DNA from: a virus
Lineage: Duplodnaviria; Caudoviricetes
IMG/VR virus record: IMGVR_UViG_3300034032_000018
Span: 1 to 44,338 of that record
Strand: one strand, 5' to 3'
Length of the DNA stretch: 44,338 bases
This document shows, piece by piece, positions 1-9,581 of this stretch. The stretch's first letter is position 1. Each line of letters begins with the position of its first letter. Both the position numbers and the translations under genes were made by a program. The notes under the pieces are model-generated. The model ran no database searches. It was given only the letters and a program-made list of their open reading frames with translations, and was not told where the DNA came from.

Positions 1-318
1 GGTCTCCAGGAAGTCTGACAGGATCAAGCCCGGCTGTGACTGCTGCGCCCGCGTCGCGGCTGAGCACGGAGCGACGAAGTGGCGGCTGTGACGGAGTGGA
101 TCACTTGCAGGGACTTGACAAGGGGGTTACGCTCGAGGAGTCGCCGCGCCAGCGAAGCCAGCGGGGACGACGAGAGCGTACTCACTGGGCACAGGGCACG
201 ATCCGAGCCAGAGCCACGCAGGATCGGGGCCGGCGACGTAGGGCGCAGTGCAGCTCTTGGCCGAGATCCGGCTAGTCTGGGCACCATCACCCGCGCCACG
301 GAACCCAGGAGTCCCGGC

Positions 319-576
319 ATGACCAAGCACGTCGCGAAGAACGCCACGGTCGACGCCACCGAGGTCACCGCCAAGAACATCGACGCCCTTGCCGAGAAGC
401 ACGGCGCGACGGTGATGGACTCCCAGCGGACCGAGGGTCTGCGCTTCCTGCTCGTCGAGGGCCCCGAGGGCACGACCCGCGCCGACGTCGGTGGCTTTCT
501 CGTCGAGGACGGCGACGGCAACCTGCGCGCCTTCCAGACCGCCGACGCGTTCTACGCGGTGTACGAGCGACCCTGA
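319..576 (+). CDS. small hypothetical phage protein (85 aa, MTKHVAKNATV...)
   Basis: ATG at 319 in the 79..576 ORF with AGGAG upstream; strong GC3 codon bias; C-terminus GGFLVEDGDGNLRAF..DAFYAVYE resembles a common small phage protein pattern. Confidence 0.75.
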   Translation: MTKHVAKNATVDATEVTAKNIDALAEKHGATVMDSQRTEGLRFLLVEGPEGTTRADVGGFLVEDGDGNLRAFQTADAFYAVYERP

Positions 577-691
577 CCCGTCGTCCCCGCAGCAGGCACG
601 ACATCCGGCGTCCCTGGCCCCGGCGCAGGCCAGGCCGACACGGCGTTGGGCCCCGGTCACGCTGAGTCACAGCATCGGCTAACCTCGTCGC

Positions 692-1201
692 ATGGCATCC
701 GGTGGAGCGCGTCTGCGGAGTGGACCCGCGCCTGACCCGAACGCGCTTCGTCGCGAGCGGGACGCGAAGGACTGGATCAAGCTGCCCGCGGAGGGCCGCG
801 TCGGCGACGCCCCCGAGTGGCCCGTCGAGCTCCCGGCGCCGAGCGTCGGCGAGATCTCCATGTGGACGCGGCTGTGGGCGCTGCCCCAGGCGCTCGTCTG
901 GGAGGCCGACCGCGGTCACGACATGGTCGCCCTCTACGTCCGCACCTACATCGACTCCGTCCAGAAGGACGCCCCCGCAGCGCGCACGACGCAGGCCAAG
1001 CAGCTCGCCGAGGCGCTGCTGCTGACGACGCCCGCGCTGCACGCCGCCCGGTACACCATCGCCTCGCCCGCGGCGCCACGGAACGGCGAGGTCGAGGACT
1101 CCATGGCGCGGCACCCCTCGAGCCAGCCCAAGCGCAGCGGTGCGCGAGCGATGCTCAAGGTCGTGGAGCCGACAGCACATGCCGACGACACCGAGGACTG
1201 A
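692..1201 (+). CDS. terS: terminase small subunit
   Basis: N-terminus MASGGARLRSGPAPDPNALRR is typical of actinophage small terminases; lies directly upstream of and overlaps the large subunit. Confidence 0.8.
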   Translation: MASGGARLRSGPAPDPNALRRERDAKDWIKLPAEGRVGDAPEWPVELPAPSVGEISMWTRLWALPQALVWEADRGHDMVALYVRTYIDSVQKDAPAARTTQAKQLAEALLLTTPALHAARYTIASPAAPRNGEVEDSMARHPSSQPKRSGARAMLKVVEPTAHADDTED

Positions 1202-2846
1202 CGACTACGTCGTCGACTTCCCGGTCCTCTGGGTCGCCCTGGACTGGGTCGCCGCCCACTGCGTGATCCCCGACGGGTTCCGCATGGGCGAGCCGTTCGA
1301 GCTCGCCGACTGGCAGGCGTGGTACTTCGCCAACTTCTACCGGGTCCGTCCCGGCGCCGCCCTGCGCGAGGGACGGCCCGTCGCGGCCCCCGCGTTCCAC
1401 TACCGCCGCGCCCAGGTCGTGATGCCGCAGAAGGCCGGGAAGGGCCCGATGACGGCGGCGCACTGCTGCCTCGAGGGCGTCGGTCCGGCGCTGTTCGCCG
1501 GCTGGGCCCGTGGCGGGGAGATCTACCGCTGCATCGAGAACGACTGCGGCTGCGGCTGGGAGTACGAGTACGAGCCCGGCGAGGCCATGGGTGCCCGGTG
1601 GCCGACGCCGCTCATCCAGATCACCGCGTACTCCGAGGAGCAGGCGGGGAACGTGTACGACGCGCTCAGGCCCATGATCGAGAAAGGCCCGCTGATCTCG
1701 GTCATCCCGAAGACCGGCGAGCAGTTCATCCGGCTCCCCGGCGACGGACGCATCGACATCGTGACGTCCAACGCCCAGTCCCGGCTCGGGCAGCGCGTCA
1801 CCTTCGTCCCGCAGGACGAGACCGGCATCTGGACGTCGAACAACAAGATGATCAGCGTCGCGAAGACCCAGCGACGAGGCGCCGCAGGTATGCAGGGGCG
1901 CACCGCGGAGACCACGAACGCCTGGGATCCCGGCGAGGACTCCGTGGCGCAGCAGACCGCCATGGCGGCGATCCAGCGCCCCGACATCTTCCGGCTCCAC
2001 CGCCAGGCCCCGACCAAGTCGACCGGCGAGCCGCTCAACTTCCGCGACAAGCGCGAGCGCATGCGGATCCTCGCCCACGTCTACCGCGGCTGCACCTGGA
2101 TCGACCTCGGTTCGATCAACGCCGAGGCCGAGGAGCTCATGCTGCTCGACCCCGGCAACGCCGAGCGCTTCTACGCCAACCGCGTCGTCGCCGGGCAGGG
2201 CTCATGGATGAACGAGGGGCTCTGGGAGTCCCGCGCCGAGCCTGGTCGCCTCGTGCCCGAGGGCGCCGTGGTCGCAGGCGGCTTCGACGGCTCCGAGAAC
2301 GACGACTGGACCGCGATCCGCCTGGAGACCCTCGAGGGCTTCCGCTTCACGCCTCGGTACGGGCCCGACCGGCGCCCGACGTACTGGGATCCGAAGGAGT
2401 GGGGCGGCTCCATCCCTCGCGGCGAGGTCAACGCCGCGGTCGACGAGATCTTCCGGCGCTACAAGGTCAAGAAGTTCTACGCCGACCCCCGCGACTGGCA
2501 GAGCGAGATCGGCGAGTGGGCGTTGCGCTGGGGCGACGACGTCGTCTACGAGTGGGCGACGTACCGCATCGTGCCGATGCACGATGCGCTCAACCGCTCG
2601 CTGACCGACCTCATCACCGGGCGCAGCCGGCACGATGGCGACCCGATGGTCGCTCTGCACGTCGAGAACGCGAGGAAGGTGGCGAAGCCCGCGGACCGCT
2701 ACATCCTAGGCAAGCCTGAGAACCACCGTAAGATCGACCTTGCCATGGCTGACACGCTCGCCCATGAGGCCGCAAGTGACTTGCGCGAGGAGCCCGTCGA
2801 GATCAAGGGTCTGACCCGCGTACGCGGTCGAGCCCGAGCCTACTGA
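1179..2846 (+). CDS. terL: terminase large subunit
   Basis: Walker A-like PQKAGKG, Walker B FVPQDE, nuclease motifs GFDGSENDDWT and KIDLAMA; precedes the portal. ATG 1179 preferred over the ORF-track start at 1140. Confidence 0.92.
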   Translation: MPTTPRTDDYVVDFPVLWVALDWVAAHCVIPDGFRMGEPFELADWQAWYFANFYRVRPGAALREGRPVAAPAFHYRRAQVVMPQKAGKGPMTAAHCCLEGVGPALFAGWARGGEIYRCIENDCGCGWEYEYEPGEAMGARWPTPLIQITAYSEEQAGNVYDALRPMIEKGPLISVIPKTGEQFIRLPGDGRIDIVTSNAQSRLGQRVTFVPQDETGIWTSNNKMISVAKTQRRGAAGMQGRTAETTNAWDPGEDSVAQQTAMAAIQRPDIFRLHRQAPTKSTGEPLNFRDKRERMRILAHVYRGCTWIDLGSINAEAEELMLLDPGNAERFYANRVVAGQGSWMNEGLWESRAEPGRLVPEGAVVAGGFDGSENDDWTAIRLETLEGFRFTPRYGPDRRPTYWDPKEWGGSIPRGEVNAAVDEIFRRYKVKKFYADPRDWQSEIGEWALRWGDDVVYEWATYRIVPMHDALNRSLTDLITGRSRHDGDPMVALHVENARKVAKPADRYILGKPENHRKIDLAMADTLAHEAASDLREEPVEIKGLTRVRGRARAY

Positions 2847-2860
2847 GGGAAGGGCCACCC

Positions 2861-4438
2861 GTGGCAGTCATTCCGCCCACCTACGACCCGCTCAGTCCTG
2901 AGTGGTGGGTCTCGCGGCTCTACGAGCAGCTGCAGAACCGACGCCCGGCCATCGAGCACTGCGACGCCTACTACCGCGGTGACTTCCCGCTCCCCTGGCT
3001 CGCCCCGCAAGCCGCGGAGGACTTCCGGCGCATCCTGAGCATGACCCGGTCCAACTTCATGGGCCTGGTGATCGACTCCATGGTCGAACGCATCAGCATC
3101 GAGGGCTTCCGCGTCGGCATGAACCCCGCCGCCGACACAGAGATGTGGCGGATCTGGCAGGCCAACAACATGGACTCGGACTTTGACCAGGGCCTCTTGG
3201 AGAGCGCCATCAGCGGCGTGTCGTACCTGCTGGTCGAGCCGAACCCCGAGGACCGCAAGACGCCGAAGATCCACGTCGAGCACGGCACGCAGTGCATCGT
3301 CGAGCACGTCCCCGGCTCCAACCGCCGCGAGAGCGCTGCGGGGCTCAAGGCGTGGGAGGACGAGCACACCGGGCGCATCTACGCGACGCTCTACCTGCCC
3401 AAGATGATCTACAAGTTCGAGGCCGAGCAGGCGCCGAAGGTCAAGGGGCGCCGGGCCAGGCTGCAGTGGGTGCCTCGCGCTGGCGTGCGCTTCAAGGGTC
3501 GCAACCCGGTCGGCGAGGTGTGCCTCTACGAGCTGCCCAACAACCCGCGGCTGCTCGAGGGCGGCGTCAGCGAGATCCACGACGTCATGGACGTGCAGGA
3601 CCGCATCGTCAAGACCATCGCGGACCGGCTCATGACCCAGGACTACGGCGCGTTCCCGCAGAAGTGGGCGACCGCGTGGCCCGAGGAGGACGGCGAGGGC
3701 AACCCGACGCCGCCCATCCAGGTGGGCCGCAACCGCATGGTCACCACCGAGGTCGCCGAGACCAAGTTCGGCCAGTGGGACGCCGCAGAGATCGGCGGCT
3801 ACGTCGGCGCCAAGGCCGAGGACGTCAAGGACATCGCCTCGCGCACCCGCACGCCCGCGCAGTACCTCCTCGGCGAGATGTCCAACGTCAACGGCGAGAC
3901 GCTCAAGGCGTCCGAGTCCGGCCTCGTGAGCAAGGTCCGGCAGCGATGCAAGGGCTACGCCGACCCCGTCGAGCGCGCCGCCCGCGCCGTGCGCCGGCTC
4001 GCTGGCATCCCGTCCGACGGTGACGAGATCATGGAGGTGCTCTGGAAGAACCCCGAGTTCCGCACCGAGGGCGAGCTGGTCGACGCGCTGTTCAAGCTCG
4101 GCTCCCCGCCGATCAACATCCCGCGCATCGTCATCTGGGAGAAGTGGGGCGCCACCCCGACCGAGATCGCTCGTTGGGAACGGCTCATGCGTGAGCAGCG
4201 CCAGGCCGACGACATGATGATGATGATGACCGAGCGCTACCGCGCCATGGCGACGCAGGGCATCGAGGACACCACCACGACGTCGGGCGGCAGCGCATCC
4301 AGTGGCGGGGCGAGGAAGCCCAACCCCGAGGCGCAGGCGGCGCGTGGCGGCGGCTCAGGCGGCAACCGACGACGCCAGGTCCGCGACACGGACGGTGACG
4401 GCATCGTCGGTGAGGGTCGCAACGGCAACTCGCTGTGA
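2861..4438 (+). CDS. portal protein (SPP1 gp6-like)
   Basis: YYRG motif, NFMGLVIDSMVERI, WQANNMD, SNVNGETLKASESGL; follows terL; GGAAGG RBS. Confidence 0.9.
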   Translation: MAVIPPTYDPLSPEWWVSRLYEQLQNRRPAIEHCDAYYRGDFPLPWLAPQAAEDFRRILSMTRSNFMGLVIDSMVERISIEGFRVGMNPAADTEMWRIWQANNMDSDFDQGLLESAISGVSYLLVEPNPEDRKTPKIHVEHGTQCIVEHVPGSNRRESAAGLKAWEDEHTGRIYATLYLPKMIYKFEAEQAPKVKGRRARLQWVPRAGVRFKGRNPVGEVCLYELPNNPRLLEGGVSEIHDVMDVQDRIVKTIADRLMTQDYGAFPQKWATAWPEEDGEGNPTPPIQVGRNRMVTTEVAETKFGQWDAAEIGGYVGAKAEDVKDIASRTRTPAQYLLGEMSNVNGETLKASESGLVSKVRQRCKGYADPVERAARAVRRLAGIPSDGDEIMEVLWKNPEFRTEGELVDALFKLGSPPINIPRIVIWEKWGATPTEIARWERLMREQRQADDMMMMMTERYRAMATQGIEDTTTTSGGSASSGGARKPNPEAQAARGGGSGGNRRRQVRDTDGDGIVGEGRNGNSL

Positions 4439-5574
4439 CCACTCCCGCGCCGCCGACCGTCGAGCAGGTCGCCGCGGAGCACGCCGTACAGACCGGGCTC
4501 ATCCGCGCCATGGCGCTGAACGCCGCGATGCAGATCTGGTCTGCTGCGCCACGGAACCTCGTCGACCTCATGGCGTGGTGGTTCGGCTTCGGCGGCGCCC
4601 GTGACCAACTGCTGACGGCGCTGGGCATGGCGCAAGAGATGGTCGCGGCGCAGGCGCCCCAGTACGTCGAGGATACGATGGGCGTGCAGGGCTGGGCCGT
4701 CGAGTCACCCACGCTGGTCCCCGACCGCTTCGCCGCCACGGCGTCGGATGGGCGCTCGCTCGAGACGCTGCTGGACCGCGTCGTCTTCCAGGTGGACCGC
4801 GCTGTGCAGCAGGACGACAGGACGGTCGAGGAAGCGATCCGCGAGGCTGAGCCGCTGCTGCAGCGCATCGTCCACACGCAGGTCACCGACGCGAGCCGCG
4901 AGGCCGACGGCGTCATGCTGGCGACCTCCGAGACTGCCGGGCCCATCGCGCCGGACTGGTCTCCGTCCGTTGCGCCACGGCAGCAGCGTCCACCCGTGTC
5001 CGACCGGGAGTTCCTCGACGCCAACGAGATCGTCGACCCGTGGGCCCGGCGCCGTCGAGAGCAGGAGCTCGCCGAGGCCAAGCGCCAGAACCGCTCGCCG
5101 ATTGGCTGGATCCGCATGCTGAGCCCGCCGTCGTGCGGGCGCTGCGCGGTGCTCGCCGGGCGCTGGTACGGCTGGAACGAGGGCTTCCAGCGCCACCCCA
5201 ACTGCGACTGCCGGCACATCCCGGCCATCGAGAACGACGCCGAGTCGCTCGTGACCGACCCGCGGCTCTACTTCGACTCGCTGAGCCGGGCCGAGCAGGA
5301 TGAGCTGTTCGGCACCGCCGCCGCCGACGCGATCAGGAACGGCGCCGACATCGCCCAGGTGATCAACGCGCAGAACCGGCAGGGCGGCTCCTACACGGTC
5401 GACGGGCGCCAGTACACCCGCGAGGGCACGACGCGACGTGGCTACTACGGCGGCACCGAGGCCGGTCAGAACCGGCGCCGACGCCCCACGCCCGTCCAGA
5501 TCTACCGCGACGCCCGTGGCGACAGACAGCGCGCTGTGAGCCTCCTGACGGAGTTCGGCTACATTGTGCCGTGA
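4435..5574 (+). CDS. MuF-like minor head / capsid maturation protein
   Basis: CGRCAVLAGR...FQRHPNCDC motif; GTGA overlap with the portal; between portal and scaffold. Confidence 0.75.
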   Translation: MTTPAPPTVEQVAAEHAVQTGLIRAMALNAAMQIWSAAPRNLVDLMAWWFGFGGARDQLLTALGMAQEMVAAQAPQYVEDTMGVQGWAVESPTLVPDRFAATASDGRSLETLLDRVVFQVDRAVQQDDRTVEEAIREAEPLLQRIVHTQVTDASREADGVMLATSETAGPIAPDWSPSVAPRQQRPPVSDREFLDANEIVDPWARRRREQELAEAKRQNRSPIGWIRMLSPPSCGRCAVLAGRWYGWNEGFQRHPNCDCRHIPAIENDAESLVTDPRLYFDSLSRAEQDELFGTAAADAIRNGADIAQVINAQNRQGGSYTVDGRQYTREGTTRRGYYGGTEAGQNRRRRPTPVQIYRDARGDRQRAVSLLTEFGYIVP

Positions 5575-5630
5575 TCACTCAGCGTGAGGCTGGGGTCTAC
5601 GCGGCGTGATGCCGCAAGCTAGGAGAGCGC

Positions 5631-6311
5631 GTGACCATCGACCTCGACATCTTCGGACGCCCCTTCGCGACACTGCGGGGATCGGCGCCGGATGACGACG
5701 GGGGAGGTGACAACAACTCCACAGCGGCTCAGGGCGGCGAAGACGACGACGCTGGCGACAGCACCGACGACGACACGCCTGACAAGGACGGCCTGACCGC
5801 AGGTGGGCGAAGGCTCATCGACGCGGAGCGCGAGGCGGCACGAACCGCCAAGCGCGCCTACGGACCGTGGCGCAAGCTCGAGCGGGACTTCCAGAAGTCC
5901 CCCGACGAGATCCGCGCCATCCTGGAGGGACGGGACAGCCAGAGCACCGACGCAGACCAGATCCGGCGTGACGCCGAGGCGGCTGCGAGTGCGAAGGTCA
6001 ACACCCGCCTGGTGCGAGCAGAGGTCAAGGCGCTGGCGAGCGCGACGTTCGCCGACCCGACCGACGCGCACCTCTACATCGACCTCGACGACATCGAGGT
6101 CGACCAGGACGGCGAGGTCGACACTGACGCCATCGCCACGGCTCTCAAGGACGTCCTGCGCCGCAAGCCACACCTCGCCAAGGTCAAGGCCGACGAGGAG
6201 CGCGACGTCGAGGATCTCGACGGTGGAGCACGCCGCACGCCTCCCAAGCCCGAGAACATGATGTCCATCATTCGCGACGCCGCAGCGGCCAAGAACGGTC
6301 GTCGGCGCTAG
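5631..6311 (+). CDS. capsid scaffolding protein
   Basis: Acidic N-terminus, helical middle, FADPTDA and KPHLAK motifs; immediately before the major capsid gene; AGGAG RBS. Confidence 0.8.
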   Translation: MTIDLDIFGRPFATLRGSAPDDDGGGDNNSTAAQGGEDDDAGDSTDDDTPDKDGLTAGGRRLIDAEREAARTAKRAYGPWRKLERDFQKSPDEIRAILEGRDSQSTDADQIRRDAEAAASAKVNTRLVRAEVKALASATFADPTDAHLYIDLDDIEVDQDGEVDTDAIATALKDVLRRKPHLAKVKADEERDVEDLDGGARRTPPKPENMMSIIRDAAAAKNGRRR

Positions 6312-6330
6312 GTCCAGAAGGGACCAGAGC

Positions 6331-7335
6331 ATGACCAGCCTCATCGACCACCTGCCCCGCATCGCGGGGTCGGCCTACAACAACATCACCACGCGCTCGG
6401 ACGTCAGCCCGCTCATCCCCGAGCAGGTCAGCAACGAGATGCTCGGCAAGGCGACGGAGGACTCCACCGTCCTGTCGCTGTTCCGCAACATCCCTGTCGG
6501 CAGCGGCCAGCTGCGCTTCCCGATCCTGTCTGCGCTGCCCATGGCGTACTGGGTCAGCGGAGACACCGGCCTCAAGCAGACGACAGAGATGGGGTGGGCC
6601 AACAAGTACATGACGGTCGAGGAGATCGCCGTCATCATGCCGGTCCCCGACAACGTCCTCGCGGACGTCGAGGCTGACATCTGGGACGAGGCCATGCCGT
6701 TGCTGATCGAGGCGTTCGGGCGCACGCTCGACTCCGCGGTCTTCTTCGGCGCCAACGCCCCGGCGTCCTTCCCGGTCAACGTCCTGGCGGCGCTGTCCGC
6801 TGCTGGCAACGTCGTCACCGAGGGCACCAACGCTGCGGCGGCTGGTGGCTTCTACGGCGACATCGACGACCTGCACGGCGTGCTCGAGGCCGATGGCTTC
6901 GAGGGCACCGGCTTCCTGGCGCCGACCTCCGCGAAGGCTCGCCTCCGCAAGGTCCGCGACACGACCGGGCGTCGCATCGACGAGGGCCGCGTCGGTGGGG
7001 ACCTCTCCACCCTCGACGGACTCCCCGTCCGCTACCCGATGAAGGGCCTCTGGCCGGTCGCGGGTGGCCCCGGTGCCAACGGCGTCCGCGTCGTGCTCGG
7101 CGCCTGGGACGAGTTCGTCGTCGGCGTCCGGCAGGACATCGACATGAAGGTCCTGACCGAGGCCGTGATCCAGGACAACACGGGCGCGATCATCTACAAC
7201 CTCGCGCAGCAGGACATGACCGCTGTGCGCCTGACCTTCCGCGCCGGCTGGCAGGTCGTGAACACGATCAACAACGAGCGTCCGACGGAGGCGCAGCGCT
7301 ACCCCGCTGCGGCCATCCAGACGCTCGGCGCCTAG
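6331..7335 (+). CDS. major capsid protein (HK97 fold)
   Basis: AYWVS....K..T, EEIAVIMP, LDSAVFFG, NLAQQDMTAVR motifs; 334 aa; synteny. Confidence 0.93.
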   Translation: MTSLIDHLPRIAGSAYNNITTRSDVSPLIPEQVSNEMLGKATEDSTVLSLFRNIPVGSGQLRFPILSALPMAYWVSGDTGLKQTTEMGWANKYMTVEEIAVIMPVPDNVLADVEADIWDEAMPLLIEAFGRTLDSAVFFGANAPASFPVNVLAALSAAGNVVTEGTNAAAAGGFYGDIDDLHGVLEADGFEGTGFLAPTSAKARLRKVRDTTGRRIDEGRVGGDLSTLDGLPVRYPMKGLWPVAGGPGANGVRVVLGAWDEFVVGVRQDIDMKVLTEAVIQDNTGAIIYNLAQQDMTAVRLTFRAGWQVVNTINNERPTEAQRYPAAAIQTLGA

Positions 7336-7386
7336 TCCGCGCACCCGCCAGAACACCCGTCGCAAGATCCAGTCAGGAGACTGAGC

Positions 7387-7755
7387 ATGGCCGAGAACAC
7401 TCCCACCGTCCCCAACCGCAAGGCCCAGGACCAGCCGGGGCAGAACGACGCCAAGGAGACCAGCACCGCGCCGGTCGCCGTGGGTCGCGCTCAGCTCGGC
7501 GAGAAGGTCGAGGGCACCCTCACCACCCGCGTTCCCCGCGGCGTGGGTGAGCCCGCTGCAGACGCTCTCGCCAGCGAGCACGATGGCGTCAAGGCGCTGC
7601 AGGAGCACGTCCAGAAGACCGTGGATGCCGAGAACGAGCGCGGCTTCCGTGGCGAGCAGGTCGGCGGGTACGACAACCACGCGTACACCGTCGCAGGCGT
7701 CACCGCGGGCGAGCCCACGCCCGAGACGACGACCTTCACGCCTCGCGGCAAGTAG
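7387..7755 (+). CDS. hypothetical virion-region protein
   Basis: AGGAG RBS, coding-like codon bias, directly after the capsid gene. Confidence 0.7.
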   Translation: MAENTPTVPNRKAQDQPGQNDAKETSTAPVAVGRAQLGEKVEGTLTTRVPRGVGEPAADALASEHDGVKALQEHVQKTVDAENERGFRGEQVGGYDNHAYTVAGVTAGEPTPETTTFTPRGK

Positions 7756-7794
7756 TCTGCGAGCAACCGCACAGCACTAAGAGAGGGCGTCATC

Positions 7795-8202
7795 GTGGCT
7801 TACGGAGTCCTGACATCGGACGTCGAAGCCCGGTGGCGCCCTCTCTCTGTTGCGGAGACCGGCGTCGCCGAGGAGCTGATCACGAGCGCCGAGGTTCTGC
7901 TCGACACCCTGCGCCCCCGCCTGCCCGGCCTGGTCGCCGCAGGGCTCATCCCGAAGCGCCTCGTCATCGACGTGATCTGCGAGGCCGTGCAGCGCGTGCT
8001 CCGCAACCCCGACCTGCTGCGCGCCCAGAACATCACAGGCGACGGTGGCATCGGGATCACCTACGGACTGGGCGAGGACACGAACCACGCCCTGCCTCGT
8101 CTGCGCCTCTCGCTCGAGGATCTCGACGCCATCGACCGGGCGATCTCGGTCGTGCCGGGCTCGGGCTCCAAGGTCAAGTCCGTCCGGCTCGTGGCGTCGT
8201 GA
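7795..8202 (+). CDS. head-to-tail adaptor (Gp19/Gp15/Gp42-like)
   Basis: DVEARWRPLS and VICEAVQRVLRNPD motifs typical of actinophage adaptors. Confidence 0.82.
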   Translation: MAYGVLTSDVEARWRPLSVAETGVAEELITSAEVLLDTLRPRLPGLVAAGLIPKRLVIDVICEAVQRVLRNPDLLRAQNITGDGGIGITYGLGEDTNHALPRLRLSLEDLDAIDRAISVVPGSGSKVKSVRLVAS

Positions 8203-8408
8203 GGACCCGCGACGCGGTCTCCGACAACCACTGGCACCGCGACCAGGCCAACTCCGACCCGACGACGGTCGGCGGCGCCGTGCTCCGCACGATGCTGAGC
8301 CCGGCCCCGCGGTACGCCCACCGTGCCGCAGCCCTGCGTGATGCATGGGCGCCACGGATCCACGATCCCCGTACGATGAAGACCACGCCGACTGAGGAGC
8401 CGCAGTGA
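8199..8408 (+). CDS. small hypothetical protein (69 aa)
   Basis: GTGA overlaps at both ends (8199-8202 and 8405-8408) fill the gap exactly. Confidence 0.5.
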   Translation: MRTRDAVSDNHWHRDQANSDPTTVGGAVLRTMLSPAPRYAHRAAALRDAWAPRIHDPRTMKTTPTEEPQ

Positions 8409-9085
8409 AGTCCAGCCTGACCCCGAGTGGGGCCTTGAGCGTGCGGCGCATCCCGCTCCTCGAGCGCCCGGTCATCCGCAGCGTGAGTGACGCGCTGCAG
8501 CACAGCGGCGTCGGCTTCGCCCGCGGCGACGTGCGCCGGTTCCGCAAGGCCAACCGCGCCGAGCACTTCGAGCGGTCGCTCGACGACCAGCACGGCTTCG
8601 CTCAGGGGCGCCTGTTCGCCATCGGACACCTGTGGCTCGCCAAGATCAACCTCAACGGCAAGGTCGACGACTACGGCCTGGTGTCCTGCCGCGTCGTCAC
8701 CGACGCAGGCGCCGGCTTCATCGTGGACGCGATGCAGAACCTCGTGGAGATCGAGGCCATGCGCTTCCACGGCGTCGGCACGAACACGGCAGCCGAGGCG
8801 GCAGGGAACACCGCGCTGGGCGCCGAGCTCACCACCCAGTACTCGACGTCGAGTACGCGCCCCACCGGCACCCTTGGCGAGAAGACCGGGGACAGCAAGA
8901 CGTACGAGACCAGCGCGACGATCACCGTCAGCGCTGGCGTCGCCGTCACCGAGCACGGGATCTTCTCGCAGGCCGGTGTGCCTGGCGGCGTGTTGCTCGA
9001 CCGCTCCGTGTTCGCCGCCGTCAACCTCGCTGCGGGCGAGGCGCTGCAGTCGACGTACCAGCTCACCTTCCCGAGCGGAGGCTGA
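8405..9085 (+). CDS. putative structural (fibre/appendage subunit) protein
   Basis: GAGGAG RBS; beta-rich C-terminus EHGIF...LLDRSVFAAVN..GEALQSTYQLTF of a kind seen in phage structural modules. Confidence 0.6.
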   Translation: MKSSLTPSGALSVRRIPLLERPVIRSVSDALQHSGVGFARGDVRRFRKANRAEHFERSLDDQHGFAQGRLFAIGHLWLAKINLNGKVDDYGLVSCRVVTDAGAGFIVDAMQNLVEIEAMRFHGVGTNTAAEAAGNTALGAELTTQYSTSSTRPTGTLGEKTGDSKTYETSATITVSAGVAVTEHGIFSQAGVPGGVLLDRSVFAAVNLAAGEALQSTYQLTFPSGG

Positions 9086-9087
9086 GC

Positions 9088-9579
9088 ATGACTTCGCCTC
9101 TTGGCGCTCGTCCTGGCGCCCACGAAGACGAAGTGGTGGACACCGAGCACTACTGGCTCGCGCCATGGGTCGCCACCGTCCACCCGGTCTACGGCTACGA
9201 GCAGTGGAACGTCGTGATGTTCAGCGGCGAGAACGCGCTGCCCATGTCCGGCTCGCTCGACCTGCGTGACCCTAACGTCACCGAGGGCTTCGCCTTCGTG
9301 CGGAGCCCTGCTGGCCCTGCGGATGCTCCGACGCCGCTCCCGGCCAATGTGCACTACCTGGGTCAGAACCTCGACCGCACGCTGACGAACACCGAGCGCC
9401 AGGGTGCTCGCACGCTGCTGGGCATCAACAGCCAGGGCGGCTCCACCCTCAAGGAGGTGCTGCGGATCATGCTGTTCACCGAGGCCAGCACTTCGGGCAA
9501 GCCGCGCAAGTTCGTGCCTTCCTCTGACGGCTCCCAGTTCGTCTACCTCGGAGACCTCCGCATCGACTTCTCGGTCTAG
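9088..9579 (+). CDS. hypothetical protein (163 aa, MTSPLGARPG...)
   Basis: ATG 2 nt after the upstream stop, GGAGG RBS; 3' part of ORF 8632..9579. Confidence 0.7.
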   Translation: MTSPLGARPGAHEDEVVDTEHYWLAPWVATVHPVYGYEQWNVVMFSGENALPMSGSLDLRDPNVTEGFAFVRSPAGPADAPTPLPANVHYLGQNLDRTLTNTERQGARTLLGINSQGGSTLKEVLRIMLFTEASTSGKPRKFVPSSDGSQFVYLGDLRIDFSV

Positions 9580-9581
9580 CC

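Noticed and set aside
115-145. TTGACA at 115-120 as a promoter
   Set aside because: No acceptable -10 box at 16-19 nt spacing
1-300. Genome end / cos site
   Set aside because: The position upstream of terS is compatible, but no diagnostic sequence can be identified without read data
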